Below the pieces are notes generated by a model. That model searched no databases. It had not been told where the DNA came from and worked only from the letters and a program-made list of their open reading frames with translations. A stretch of DNA of 64,000 bases from an uncultured Candidatus Binatia bacterium (lineage in GTDB: Bacteria; Desulfobacterota; Binatia; Bin18), in assembly GCA_965200965.1 (NCBI GenBank), contig OZ241744.1:576001-640000 (forward strand), given 5' to 3'. The position numbers and the translations under genes are program-made. Positions within the stretch are counted from its first letter, which is position 1, and every line of letters begins with the position of its first letter. Positions 39,951 through 50,303 of this stretch are shown here, in pieces.

Positions 39951-40811
39951 GTGAGTAAGCAGAACCGACCGATGCAAAATGCCAGTCGTCAACTCAAGCT
40001 GGCCGGGGAAGAGCAGTATGGGCCGGTTTCGCTTGAGCCTGCTCCCCAGGGATTCCAGCACCTGCGGTTGGACCGCCTCCCCCAACACGTCGCTATTATC
40101 ATGGACGGCAACGGCCGCTGGGCTCAGCAACGCGGTTTGCCCCGCACCGAAGGCCACAAACGGGCCAAAGAAACCGTCCGGGCGATCGTCGAAACCAGCC
40201 GCGACCTCGGTATCTCGTATCTCACCCTCTACGCCTTCTCGTCGGAAAACTGGCAGCGCCCCAGCGCTGAAGTCCGTATCTTGATGAGCCTCTTTCGTCA
40301 CTATCTGCGCAACGAACTCGACCGCCTGATGGGCTACAATATCAGGCTGCTGGCTCTCGGCGACCTGCGTCGTCTGCCCGGTCCGGTCCGGTTGGCTTTT
40401 GACGAAGCGATCTGCGCGACTAGGCACAACACCGGACTCACCGTTATCTTAGCAGTCAGCTATGGAGCGCGTGAAGAGATTGTCGCCGCCGCCCGAGCCC
40501 TGGCCCAGGCCGTTCAGGAGGGCCACCTGCGGCCTGACGAGATTGATGAGCGACGCTTTGCCCGGCATTTGTGGACGGTTGAAGTACCCGATCCTGATCT
40601 CCTCATCCGCACTGGAAAAGAGATGCGGATCAGCAATTTTCTGCTGTGGCAACTGGCCTATACCGAGTTGTATGTGACGGATACCCTCTGGCCAGACTTT
40701 GGCCGTGAGCATTTTCTCCAGTCCTTAGTCGCCTATCAACGTCGCCAGCGACGTTTTGGACGAACCGCAGAACAGCAAGCCCTCAGAGGGCTGAGGCATG
40801 CGGTAGGCTAG
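39951..40811 (+). CDS. uppS: Undecaprenyl diphosphate synthase
   Basis: PQHVAIIMDGNGRWA, YAFSSENWQRP, DPDLLIRTG, RISNFLLWQ; start approximate. Confidence 0.96.
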   Translation: MSKQNRPMQNASRQLKLAGEEQYGPVSLEPAPQGFQHLRLDRLPQHVAIIMDGNGRWAQQRGLPRTEGHKRAKETVRAIVETSRDLGISYLTLYAFSSENWQRPSAEVRILMSLFRHYLRNELDRLMGYNIRLLALGDLRRLPGPVRLAFDEAICATRHNTGLTVILAVSYGAREEIVAAARALAQAVQEGHLRPDEIDERRFARHLWTVEVPDPDLLIRTGKEMRISNFLLWQLAYTELYVTDTLWPDFGREHFLQSLVAYQRRQRRFGRTAEQQALRGLRHAVG

Positions 40812-40819
40812 GCTCAGGT

Positions 40820-41614
40820 GTGCTCCACGCCCGTCTGCTGACCGCAACGTTTGCGCTGCCGCTCCTCATTCTCTGTATCTGTTGTGCCCCGGTCTCGGTT
40901 TTTTCCGCGGTCGTTTTTCTCCTGACCTGTCTCGGACTGTATGAATTCTTTTCGCTGAGTCGGTGCCATAACCCGCTCTCGCTCGGGCTGGGGCTTGGCT
41001 GGGGTGGAAGCTTGGCGGCGACCATGTGTGTTGGGCCCGAAGCGCCCGTAGGCGCGGTGCTAATCGCCGGGTTTGTCGTCACATTTGCGTGTGGCCTGCG
41101 CGCGCCTCAGCCTGACAGGGGGCTGGCCGGAGTCAGTCTGACCCTGTTTGGGGTTGTCTATATCGGTCTGCTGCTGCCGCACCTCGTCTGGGTCCGACAG
41201 CTGCCGGACGGCGTTGCCTGGGTTTTCTTCCTCATGCTGGTTGCTATGCTGGGCGATACCGGCGGCTATGCTGTCGGGCGACTCTGGGGCACACACAAGC
41301 TCATCCCGCACATCAGTCCCGGTAAAACCCGTGAAGGCAGCGGGGGGGCGCTCATCGGCAGTGTGGGGGCGGGATGGATTGGCTGGGCTTGGCTGCTGCC
41401 GGAGCGGAGTTGGATTGAGATGGGCGTGTTGGCGGTAGTCATCGGGATCTTGGCCCAAATTGGAGATTTGTGCGAATCGGCGGTCAAACGGGCGTGCGGA
41501 ACCAAGGATTCGGGCCGTCTTTTTCCTGGTCACGGCGGCCTGCTTGACCGGGTGGACAGTTTACTTTTCCCGGCTGCCTTTATCTATTACTATGCCATCC
41601 TATGGGCTTGGTGA
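40820..41614 (+). CDS. cdsA: Phosphatidate cytidylyltransferase
   Basis: DTGGYAVG, ISPGKTREG, GDLCESAVKR, KDSG...PGHGGLLDRVDS. Confidence 0.95.
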   Translation: MLHARLLTATFALPLLILCICCAPVSVFSAVVFLLTCLGLYEFFSLSRCHNPLSLGLGLGWGGSLAATMCVGPEAPVGAVLIAGFVVTFACGLRAPQPDRGLAGVSLTLFGVVYIGLLLPHLVWVRQLPDGVAWVFFLMLVAMLGDTGGYAVGRLWGTHKLIPHISPGKTREGSGGALIGSVGAGWIGWAWLLPERSWIEMGVLAVVIGILAQIGDLCESAVKRACGTKDSGRLFPGHGGLLDRVDSLLFPAAFIYYYAILWAW

Positions 41615-41637
41615 CTGGCCAGCGATGAGGAGATGTT

Positions 41638-42714
41638 ATGGATCTGTCAACCCTTGATGTGATTTGGAAAGTGGTCGTCGTCTTCGGTCTGATCGTGTTT
41701 GTCCATGAACTCGGACATTTTAGCGTGGCCAAGCTGGTGGGGGTTGGCGTTGAGCGATTTTCGCTCGGCTTTGGGCCGAAGCTCGTCGGACACACGGTTG
41801 GGGAGACAGAATATCTAATCAGCGCCGTACCACTGGGCGGCTATGTCAAGATGATCGGGGAAGAAACAGGCGAAGAGGTTGCGCCGGAAGATATTCCGCG
41901 TTCTTTTCCCCATCAGTCGCTGACGAGTCGGTTTCTGATTGTCTCCGCCGGGCCGTGTGCGAATTTTGTGACCGCGTTTGTCCTGTTTAGCTTGGCCTTT
42001 GTGAGCTTTGGCCTCCCGGTCGCGGTGGAGGAGGCCAGGGTGGGTGCGGTCGTTCCCGACTCTCCGGCCCGGCGAGCCGGACTGCAAGCCGGAGACGAGA
42101 TTGTGAGTATTTCGGGCAGCCGGGTGCAGACCTGGGAAGAGATGGCCGAACACATCCGAGGCAGCCAGGGCGAAGAACTCACCCTCCAGGTCAGGCGGGC
42201 GGGCGGGCCGCGGCCGCTCGAGTTGGTCGTTCGCCCGGAATTACGCCAGGGAGCGGGTCAAGAGGGGCGTGGGCGGTATACGATTGGCATTATGCCGGAT
42301 TCGCGTTTAGAGCAGGTGTCGGCCGGCCGAGCCGTGGTCCTTGGGGCTGAACAAACCTGGGCCTTGAGTGTGTTGATCGTGCAGACCGTGGGCAAACTCA
42401 TCCAAGGCCAAGTCTCAACCAAGGAGCTAGGCGGGCCGATTCTCATTGCCCAGGTGGCCGGCCAGCAGGCCCAGCGCGGGCTCAGCCATCTGGTGCATTT
42501 CACTGCCCTGATTAATGTGAATCTGGCCGTCTTTAATCTTTTGCCGATTCCGATTCTGGACGGCGGCCATCTGCTGTTTCTGTTCATTGAGCTGCTGCTC
42601 GGCCGGCCCCCCAGCCTGCGCTCACGCGAAGTCGCCTTTCGGGTCGGCTTTCTGGTCATCGTCTCGCTGGTCGTCCTGGTCTTTTACAACGACATCGCGC
42701 GTCTGGTGAGATAA
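41638..42714 (+). CDS. rseP: RIP metalloprotease RseP
   Basis: HELGH, PLGGYVKM, AGPCAN, PDZ domain, NLLPIPILDGGH. Confidence 0.96.
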   Translation: MDLSTLDVIWKVVVVFGLIVFVHELGHFSVAKLVGVGVERFSLGFGPKLVGHTVGETEYLISAVPLGGYVKMIGEETGEEVAPEDIPRSFPHQSLTSRFLIVSAGPCANFVTAFVLFSLAFVSFGLPVAVEEARVGAVVPDSPARRAGLQAGDEIVSISGSRVQTWEEMAEHIRGSQGEELTLQVRRAGGPRPLELVVRPELRQGAGQEGRGRYTIGIMPDSRLEQVSAGRAVVLGAEQTWALSVLIVQTVGKLIQGQVSTKELGGPILIAQVAGQQAQRGLSHLVHFTALINVNLAVFNLLPIPILDGGHLLFLFIELLLGRPPSLRSREVAFRVGFLVIVSLVVLVFYNDIARLVR

Positions 42715-42755
42715 CCTGCGGAGACCAAGCTGCTGAACAAAGGGGAGAAGCGAGC

Positions 42756-43448
42756 GTGATCGTCCTCGGCCTGGATACGGCGACCCGGTTTGCCAGCGTC
42801 GGCCTGGTGGGTGACGGGAGCGTCTTGGCCGAGGAATCGCGCCACGTCCAGACTGGGCACGCGGATACCGTGGTGCCGCTCGTCCACCAGATCGTGTCCC
42901 GGTCCGGCCTTGGCTTGGCCGAGTTGGACGGCATCGGCGTGTCGCTCGGCCCCGGCTCTTTCTCCGGCCTACGGGTCGGGCTGAATACGGCCAAGGGTCT
43001 GTGTTATGCGCTGGGGCTGGCTCTCGTCGGAGTTTCTACGCTGGAGGCGCTGGCCACGGCTGTGGATGACTGGCAGGGCCGGATATGTGTCCTGCTCAAC
43101 GCGCGGAGAAAAGAAGTGTATGCGGCCGTGTTTGCCCGCGATCAGCAGCGTCGGTTGCGACGGCTGACCCCCGATATGGTTCTGGTGCCGGACGAACTGT
43201 GGTCACATATTTCGCCTCCCTGCCTGTTTATCGGCGACGGAGCCGAGGCCTGCCACCGACTGATCCACGATCGCTACGATGACGCGGCCCAGTTCTTGTC
43301 GTGGGCCAGTTATCGTCCCAGCGGGGCAGCGGTTGCCCGTTTGGCTCTGGCGAGGATGGAGGCCGGCGAGTCGGACAATGTGGGCCAACTGGTGCCGCGC
43401 TATGTGTGCCTGTCGGAGGCCGAGCGGAAGTATCGCCGGGCATCATAA
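42756..43448 (+). CDS. tsaB: t6A biosynthesis protein TsaB
   Basis: LGLDTAT, GPGSFSGLRVG, VSTLEALA, NARRKEVY. Confidence 0.93.
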   Translation: MIVLGLDTATRFASVGLVGDGSVLAEESRHVQTGHADTVVPLVHQIVSRSGLGLAELDGIGVSLGPGSFSGLRVGLNTAKGLCYALGLALVGVSTLEALATAVDDWQGRICVLLNARRKEVYAAVFARDQQRRLRRLTPDMVLVPDELWSHISPPCLFIGDGAEACHRLIHDRYDDAAQFLSWASYRPSGAAVARLALARMEAGESDNVGQLVPRYVCLSEAERKYRRAS

Positions 43449-43520
43449 GCGCCGCCCGGCCCTAGACAGTCCGCCCGAATTTTGGCATTGTGACAGCGTT
43501 TTGGCTGGAAGCGAGGACGT

Positions 43521-44690
43521 ATGAACATCCATGAATATCAGGCAAAAGACCTGTTGCGGAAATACGGCGTGGCCGTCCTGAACGGCACAATGGCCACCAC
43601 GCCCGAGGCGGCCCAGGACGCGGCCGAGGAGTTGGGCGGAGGGCTGTGTGTGGTCAAAGCCCAGATCCACGCTGGCGGTCGGGGCAAAGCCGGCGGGGTC
43701 AAGCTGGCCAAGACCCCTCAAGGAGCGCGTGACATTGCGGCCAGCCTGCTGGGCAAAAATCTGGTCACCCACCAGACCGGCCCCGGGGGCAAAGAGGTCC
43801 AGAAGGTCTTCGTTGAGCAGGGCTGCGCTATTGCCCAAGAGTTTTATCTGGGCATGGTCCTTGACCGGGCTACCTCGCGCGTCACCGTCATGGCCAGCTC
43901 TGAGGGCGGGGTCGAGATCGAAGAGGTCGCCGTCCGCTCGCCCGAGAAAATTTTGCGGGAAGCGGTAGACCCAGTTCTCGGCGTGGGCGACTTTCAGGGC
44001 CGGAAAATCGCTTACGGTCTCGGCCTGCCCAAGGCGGCGATTCCCAAAGCGGTGGCTTTTGTCAAGGCGCTGTATCGGGCCTGTATCGAAACCGACGCCT
44101 CGCTGGTTGAGATCAACCCGCTGGTCTTGACCCAGGACAACGCTCTGGTCGCCCTCGACGCCAAGATGGGCTTTGACGATAACGCGCTGTACCGTCAGCC
44201 CGAGGTCCGCAAGTTGCGGGACGAGTCGGAAGAGAACGACAAAGAAATCGCGGCCGCCAAGTTTGACCTCAGCTATATCGCCCTTGACGGTGATATCGGC
44301 TGCATGGTCAACGGGGCTGGCTTGGCCATGGCCACGATGGACATCATCAAGCATTACGGCGCTGAGCCGGCCAATTTTCTGGACATCGGGGGCGGGGCCA
44401 CGACCGAAAAAGTGACCGAGGCGTTTAAGATCATTCTATCCGACCACAAGGTCAAGGGCGTCCTGGTCAACATCTTTGGCGGCATCATGCGTTGCGATGT
44501 GGTGGCCAAAGGGGTGGTCAAAGCGGCCAAGCAGGTTAAGCTGTCTGTGCCCCTGGTGGTTCGTCTCGAAGGCACAAACGTCGAACAGGGCAAACAGATT
44601 CTGGCCCAGTCGGGACTCAATATCATTGCGGCCAGCGACTTGGCCGATGGGGCCAAGAAGGCGGTTGAGGCGGTCAGGGCGGCGGGCTGA
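43521..44690 (+). CDS. sucC: Succinyl-CoA ligase beta subunit
   Basis: [50 protein letters not shown]. Confidence 0.98.
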   Translation: MNIHEYQAKDLLRKYGVAVLNGTMATTPEAAQDAAEELGGGLCVVKAQIHAGGRGKAGGVKLAKTPQGARDIAASLLGKNLVTHQTGPGGKEVQKVFVEQGCAIAQEFYLGMVLDRATSRVTVMASSEGGVEIEEVAVRSPEKILREAVDPVLGVGDFQGRKIAYGLGLPKAAIPKAVAFVKALYRACIETDASLVEINPLVLTQDNALVALDAKMGFDDNALYRQPEVRKLRDESEENDKEIAAAKFDLSYIALDGDIGCMVNGAGLAMATMDIIKHYGAEPANFLDIGGGATTEKVTEAFKIILSDHKVKGVLVNIFGGIMRCDVVAKGVVKAAKQVKLSVPLVVRLEGTNVEQGKQILAQSGLNIIAASDLADGAKKAVEAVRAAG

Positions 44691-44719
44691 ACGGCCCACA
44701 GACGAGCGGAGAAGTCAGC

Positions 44720-45616
44720 GTGAGTATTCTCGTTAATACAGACACCAGAGTGGTCACCCAGGGCATTACCGGCGCAACCGGCCAACTCCACACCCGGGCC
44801 TGCAAAGAATATGGAACCCGGATGGTGGCCGGGGTTACTCCCGGTCGGGGCGGGACCGATTTTGAGGGCATTCCCATCTTTAACACTGTCGCCGAGTCAG
44901 TCGCCGCCACCGGGGCCAACGCCTCGGTGATCTATGTTCCTCCGCCGTTTGCCGCGGACGCGATTCTGGAGGCGGTTGAGGCCCATATCCCGCTGGTGAT
45001 CTGTATTACTGAGGGTATCCCCATCCTGGATATGGTCCGGGTCAAACGCTATATGGCCGGCAAACCGTCCCGGTTGATCGGGCCCAACTGCCCCGGCGTC
45101 ATTACTCCGGGCGAGTGCAAGATCGGGATCATGCCAGGCTATATCCACAAGGCCGGCAACATCGGTGTGGTGTCGCGGAGCGGTACGCTGACCTATGAGG
45201 CGGTCCATCAGTTGACCCAGCTCGGCATCGGCCAGTCGAGCTGCGTCGGCATCGGAGGCGACCCGGTGAACGGGACCGGCTTTGTCGATGTGTTGCGCCT
45301 GTTCCAGGACGACCCGCAGACCGAAGGGGTGGTGCTGATCGGGGAGATCGGCGGCAGCGCTGAAGAAGAGGCGGCCACATTCATCAAAGCCGAGATGACC
45401 AAACCGGTAGCTGCCTTCATCGCCGGTCAGACCGCGCCCAAGGGCAAACGCATGGGCCACGCCGGGGCGATTATTGCCGGCGGCTCGGGCACGGCCGCCG
45501 AAAAAATCCGGGCCTTTGAGGAGGCCGGCGTACACACTATTCCAAGCCCGGCCGAAATGGGTGTGACCCTGTCCAGGGCGATGGGGATAGCGGTCAAGGG
45601 GCTCACCGGTTCGTGA
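44720..45616 (+). CDS. sucD: Succinyl-CoA ligase alpha subunit
   Basis: [32 protein letters not shown]. Confidence 0.98.
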   Translation: MSILVNTDTRVVTQGITGATGQLHTRACKEYGTRMVAGVTPGRGGTDFEGIPIFNTVAESVAATGANASVIYVPPPFAADAILEAVEAHIPLVICITEGIPILDMVRVKRYMAGKPSRLIGPNCPGVITPGECKIGIMPGYIHKAGNIGVVSRSGTLTYEAVHQLTQLGIGQSSCVGIGGDPVNGTGFVDVLRLFQDDPQTEGVVLIGEIGGSAEEEAATFIKAEMTKPVAAFIAGQTAPKGKRMGHAGAIIAGGSGTAAEKIRAFEEAGVHTIPSPAEMGVTLSRAMGIAVKGLTGS

Positions 45617-46701
45617 ACCCCGACCGCCTGTTTGAGCGCGCCGAACGCGCCCGCCACACCAGCCGCTTTTCCGCTGCCCTCGACCTCTATCGCCAGGCCC
45701 AGGCCGCCTACGCCGATGCGGGAGAGCCTGACGGAGAGCGCGACGCATTCATCGGCATGGGCGACTGTCTGCGTATGCTGGGGCGGTTCTCCCCGGCCAA
45801 ACGCGCCTATGCCAGGGCGGTCCGCATGTCCGAGACGCTGCATGATCCCGAAGGCTTGGCCGAGAGCCAAGCCGGTTTCGGCCTCAGCCTCCGCGCCCAG
45901 GGCAATCCCGAACAGGCGCTGCCCCCTCTCGAACTCGCCCGTCGGCTGTACCGCCAAGCTCGGGCAGCCCAGGGCGAGGGCTTTGTCCTGTGGGCGCTGG
46001 GCGGTACCTACCGGTTTTGTGGCGACTTGCGCAAAGCGGTTGGCCATTTCAAACACGCCCTGGCCCTTGCCCAGCAGCAGGCCGACAGGCCCGGCACCGG
46101 CTATGCCTGGTGCGGTTTAGGCGGTGCCTCGCGCCTGATGGGCCGTTTTGCCGACAGTCAGGACTATTATCAGCGGGCCAAGACCCTGTTCGAGGCCGAA
46201 AAAGATATCTATGGTCGCGCCTATTCCTGCTGTGGGCTGGGTAATGCCGCGCGTATGCGTGGCGACTATGCGGCGGCCATGACCCTGTTTGCCAGCGCCG
46301 AAAAGCTCTACGCCCGCATCGGCGATACCGCCAGCTTTGCCTATACCGTCTGGGCGATGGCCACCGTCCACAAAATGCGCGGCGATTACTCCTGGAGCAC
46401 CCAGACCTTTGATCGGGCGCGGGCCCTGTTCTGGGACACTCGGGATTTCCGGGGCAGCATCTACTGCCGGCTGGGGACGGGCGAGTTGGCGCTGCTGCGG
46501 GGCAAACGCCGCACCGCCCAGACCGCCTTCCGCCGCTGTCTGGAAAGGGCCGAGCGCCTCGGCTACCACGCTGAGGCGTGCCACGCCCGGACCGGTCTGG
46601 CGCTGCTCGACGACACGCCCGACTGGACGGCGGTCAAAAGAGCCTACCGTCAGTGCGGACTGCATTTCACCCCGCCGCCGCCGCCGCTGAACCTGCCCTG
46701 A
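45613..46701 (+). CDS. Tetratricopeptide repeat protein
   Basis: About 40-aa helical repeats ([24 protein letters not shown]); GTGA overlap with sucD. Confidence 0.85.
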   Translation: MNPDRLFERAERARHTSRFSAALDLYRQAQAAYADAGEPDGERDAFIGMGDCLRMLGRFSPAKRAYARAVRMSETLHDPEGLAESQAGFGLSLRAQGNPEQALPPLELARRLYRQARAAQGEGFVLWALGGTYRFCGDLRKAVGHFKHALALAQQQADRPGTGYAWCGLGGASRLMGRFADSQDYYQRAKTLFEAEKDIYGRAYSCCGLGNAARMRGDYAAAMTLFASAEKLYARIGDTASFAYTVWAMATVHKMRGDYSWSTQTFDRARALFWDTRDFRGSIYCRLGTGELALLRGKRRTAQTAFRRCLERAERLGYHAEACHARTGLALLDDTPDWTAVKRAYRQCGLHFTPPPPPLNLP

Positions 46702-46875
46702 ATCCGCCCTCAATGGGACGAAAAAGAGAGGGAACTGAAGAAGCAGAAACAACTCGCCGTGCCGCTGAACCTGCCCTGAATCCGCCCTCAATGGGACGAA
46801 AAAGAGAGGGAACTGAAGAAGCAGAAACAACTCGCCGTGCCGCTGAACCTGCCCTGAATCCGCCCTCAATGGGAC
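46683..46875. repeat. Perfect 78-nt tandem repeat (about 2.5 copies): 37-nt unit x3 with an identical 41-nt purine-rich linker x2
   Basis: GCCGCTGAACCTGCCCTGAATCCGCCCTCAATGGGAC at 46683, 46761 and 46839; linker GAAAAAGAGAGGGAACTGAAGAAGCAGAAACAACTCGCCGT twice. Confidence 0.93.
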
Positions 46876-46899
46876 AGCCCGGTCGGTCGAACTGGCGCG

Positions 46900-46928
46900 T
46901 TGACCCTCTTGTGCTCTCCCGCTATACT
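46900..46928 (+). promoter_or_regulatory. Sigma70-like promoter of ndk
   Basis: TTGACC-17-TATACT. Confidence 0.65.
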
Positions 46929-46954
46929 GACCCGACGCTGAGGAAAGGACCAGC

Positions 46955-47377
46955 ATGAAAGAATGTACCTTGTCGATTATCAAGCCGGACGCCGTACAAA
47001 AACATGTGCTTGGCGAGATTCTGGGCCGGTTTGAGCGCGCTGGACTCACGATCGTTGCGACCAAGATGATACAGCTCAGCAAGGCCGAAGCCCAGGGATT
47101 CTATGCCGTCCACAAGGAGCGGCCCTTTTTTGACAGTCTGACGACATTCATGTCGTCCGGGCCCATTCTGGTATCGGTGCTCGAAGGCCAAGACGCCATC
47201 AAGACCAACCGGCGGCTGATGGGCGCGACCAATCCGGCCGAGGCCGACCCTGGCACGATTCGCAAGGACTTTGCGACCAACATTGAGAAGAATGCGGTCC
47301 ATGGCTCTGACGGGCCGGATACCGCCTGTCAGGAAATCGCCTACTTCTTTGGCCAGATGGAGATCCACGCACCTTAA
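46955..47377 (+). CDS. ndk: Nucleoside diphosphate kinase
   Basis: [34 protein letters not shown]. Confidence 0.98.
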   Translation: MKECTLSIIKPDAVQKHVLGEILGRFERAGLTIVATKMIQLSKAEAQGFYAVHKERPFFDSLTTFMSSGPILVSVLEGQDAIKTNRRLMGATNPAEADPGTIRKDFATNIEKNAVHGSDGPDTACQEIAYFFGQMEIHAP

Positions 47378-48410
47378 TGTCACACGACATTAAAGAACTC
47401 AGCCGAGCCGAGCTTGAGCGGTGGTGTCTTGACAACGGCCACAAGGTCTTTCGGTCCCGGCAAATCCTGCGCTGGGTCTACCGCTGCGGGACCGATACCT
47501 TTGCTGACATGAGCGATGTGTCGGCTGCCCTGCGCGAGCGACTGGCAGTGATCTTTTCGATTGATCGCCTGAGTTGTGTGCAGACGGCGGCGGCCGCGGA
47601 CGGGACCTGCAAATATGTGTTTGCCCTGCCGATGGGCGGCGGATCGAGAGCGTGCAGATTCCTGCCCCAGGCCGACAAACCCTGTGCCTCTCGTCCCAGA
47701 TCGGATGTGCGATGGGGTGTCAGTTCTGCGCCACCGCCCGTATGCGGCCGGTTCGGAATCTCAGCGCTGGGGAGATCCTCGCTCAGGTGTGGGAAGTCCA
47801 GCACGCCCTGTCCCCCGACACCACACTGACCAATGTGGTGTTCATGGGCATGGGGGAACCGCTGGCCAACTATGGGCAGGTCGTGAAGGCCATTGAGACG
47901 TTGACCGCGGAGTGGGGGCTCAATTTCTCTCCCCGTCAAGTAACGGTGTCTACGGTCGGGCTGGTGCCCCAGATGCGACGCCTGCTGCACGAGACCCAGG
48001 TCAACCTGACCGTCTCGCTGAGCGCGACAATCGATGAACTGCGCACTAGGCTGATGCCGGTCAACAGTCGCTATCCGCTCGAACACCTGCTCGCCGTGTG
48101 CCGCAGCCTGCCCGCCCGCTCACGGAGGCGTCTCACCTGCGCCTATACCATGCTGGCCGGGGTGAATGACGCTCCCGCAGACGCCCGGCGGCTGACAAGA
48201 CTGCTGCACGGCATCCGCGCCAAGGTCAACCTGATTCCCTTTAACGCTTTTTCCGGCTCGGGTTTTACGGCGAGTCCGCGGCCCCACATTGACCGATTCC
48301 GTCAGCTCCTGTTAGAAAAAGGCGTGCTGGCGACCATACGGGAGAGCCGCGGCCGGGATGTCCTGGCTGCGTGCGGACAGTTGGCGACCCACGGCGAGAC
48401 AATCGCTTAG
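47377..48410 (+). pseudogene. rlmN: Dual-specificity RNA methyltransferase RlmN with an apparent 1-nt deletion near 47628
   Basis: N-terminus (FRSRQILRWVY...DGTCKYVFAL) is in one frame; ADGRRIESV, CLSSQIGCAMGCQFC, FMGMGEP, NLIPFN and AACGQL are in another. Confidence 0.88.
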
Positions 48411-48423
48411 TAAGGGCACAGGC

Positions 48424-49293
48424 ATGGCGACACTTGGGGTCATTGGCGGTAGCGGGCTGTATCAGATGACGGGGATTACAAACGGCCATTGGGTGTCGGT
48501 TGAGACCCCGTTTGGCCCGCCCTCGGACGACTACTTTGTGGGCGAGCTTGGCGACGCGCGACTGGTCTTCCTGCCCCGTCATGGCCGGGGCCACCGGCTC
48601 TTGCCTTCGGAGTTGAATTTCAGAGCCAATATCTACGGGATGAAGAAGCTCGGCGTGGAACACCTGATTGGGGTCGGCGCTGTCGGCAGTCTCAGGCAGG
48701 CCATTGTGCCGGGCGATCTGGTCATTCCCGATCAGTTCATTGATCGGACCCGCGGTCGGATTGGGACATTTTTTGGCCGCGGCCTTGTTGCCCATGTGTC
48801 TCTTGCCGAGCCGGTGTGCGCTGCCCTGTCGCGTCTGTTGGCCGCGGTCGGCCGCGGCCTTGGGGCCACGGTCCACGCCGGCGGAACCTCTGTGTGTATG
48901 GAGGGCCCCCAGTTTTCTACCCGGGCCGAGTCTTTTCTGTACCGCAGTTGGGGGGCCGATGTGATCGGGATGACCAGTCTCCAAGAGGCCAAGCTGGCCC
49001 GCGAGGCGGAGCTGTGTTTTGCCAACTTGGCGCTGGCCACCGACTACGATTGCTGGAATACCGAGGCCGGCGAGGTGGTGATTGAGGAGGTGTTGACGAT
49101 TCTCAGGACCAATGTCGAAACCGCCCAGAACATTGTCCGCACGGCCGCCGCCCGGCTGCCGGACCGTTGCGCCTGTGCCTGCTCCGAGGCGCTCAAGGAC
49201 GCTATTATCACCGACCGCAGCCTGATTCCGGCCGAAGTCAGGCACGAACTCGATATCCTGATCGGCAAGTATCTCGCCCCCCGAGCGTCATGA
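48424..49293 (+). CDS. mtnP: S-methyl-5'-thioadenosine phosphorylase
   Basis: GVIGGSGLY, TPFGPPS, LPRHG, PDQFIDRT, MEGPQFSTRAES, ATDYDCW. Confidence 0.93.
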   Translation: MATLGVIGGSGLYQMTGITNGHWVSVETPFGPPSDDYFVGELGDARLVFLPRHGRGHRLLPSELNFRANIYGMKKLGVEHLIGVGAVGSLRQAIVPGDLVIPDQFIDRTRGRIGTFFGRGLVAHVSLAEPVCAALSRLLAAVGRGLGATVHAGGTSVCMEGPQFSTRAESFLYRSWGADVIGMTSLQEAKLAREAELCFANLALATDYDCWNTEAGEVVIEEVLTILRTNVETAQNIVRTAAARLPDRCACACSEALKDAIITDRSLIPAEVRHELDILIGKYLAPRAS

Positions 49294-50297
49294 CGAATGA
49301 CAGGATGACACCCCAGCCCGCAGCCTCGGTCTCCGCCGGGGTGAACTGTGGCCCAGAACCGTACCTGTCGGTGGTCGTGCCGATCTATAACGAGGTTGAG
49401 AATCTGCGCCCGCTGTGTCAGACCTTGTCCGAAGTGTTGTCCGCAAGCAGTTGGAGCCACGAGGTCATCATGGTTGATGACGGCAGCACGGATGGCAGCG
49501 CCGATATCCTGGTCGAGCTGCATCAGACCTATAGCTGGCTGAAAGTCGTGCGCTTTCGGCGCAATTTTGGTCAAACCGCGGCGCTGGCGGCCGCGTTTGC
49601 CCAGGCCCAGGGCGAGGTGATTGTGTCGCTGGACGGCGATTTGCAAAATGACCCGGCCGATATCCCCAAGCTGGTGGCCAAGCTCAACGAGGGCTATGAC
49701 TTGGTCAACGGCTGGCGGGTGGACCGGCACGATCCGTTTTGGCTGCGTCGCCTGCCCTCTCAGATTGCCAACCGCGTGATCTCGCTCCTGACCCGGGTCG
49801 AGTTGCACGACTACGGCTGCACCCTCAAAGCTTTTCGCCGTTATATCGCCAAAGACATGAAGCTGTACGGCGAGATGCATCGCTTCATCCCGGCCTTGGC
49901 GCATGATCTGGGGGCGATGATTACCGAGATACCGGTGACCCATCATCCACGTACCCGCGGGACTTCCAAATACGGTCTAACGCGGACCGTGTGGGTGATT
50001 CTGGATCTGTTGACGGTCAAGTTTCTGTCGAGCTACGCCACCCGCCCGAGCCATTTATTCGGCCTGCTGGGCTTCTTTTCATTCCTCGTCGGCGCGCTCA
50101 TCACGACCGTCTTGGGTGTCCAACGCCTGTTCTTCGACGTGCAGCTGTCCAACCGTCCGGTGCTGCTGCTCGGTCTGCTGCTGATTATAACCGGCGTCCA
50201 ATTCTTTACCCTGGGGCTGATCGGCGAGATGCTGGTCCGCACCTACCACGAGAGCCAAGAGAAACCCATCTATTGGATTAAAGATGTCCTGGAGTGA
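49290..50297 (+). CDS. GT2 glycosyltransferase (ArnC/DPM-synthase-like) with C-terminal TMs
   Basis: SVVVPIYNE, VDDGSTDGS, RNFGQTAA, DGDLQNDP, GEMHRFIP. Confidence 0.92.
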   Translation: MTNDRMTPQPAASVSAGVNCGPEPYLSVVVPIYNEVENLRPLCQTLSEVLSASSWSHEVIMVDDGSTDGSADILVELHQTYSWLKVVRFRRNFGQTAALAAAFAQAQGEVIVSLDGDLQNDPADIPKLVAKLNEGYDLVNGWRVDRHDPFWLRRLPSQIANRVISLLTRVELHDYGCTLKAFRRYIAKDMKLYGEMHRFIPALAHDLGAMITEIPVTHHPRTRGTSKYGLTRTVWVILDLLTVKFLSSYATRPSHLFGLLGFFSFLVGALITTVLGVQRLFFDVQLSNRPVLLLGLLLIITGVQFFTLGLIGEMLVRTYHESQEKPIYWIKDVLE

Positions 50298-50303
50298 GGG
50301 GCT

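Noticed and set aside
46683-46875. CRISPR array call (3 x 37-nt repeats)
   Set aside because: Both spacers are identical, the repeat includes a gene's stop codon, and there are no cas genes; treated as a tandem repeat.
46578-46958. 126-aa ORF with 26-aa repeats
   Set aside because: Out-of-frame overlap with the TPR gene; it stays open only because the repeat period is 78 nt, and it runs across the ndk promoter.
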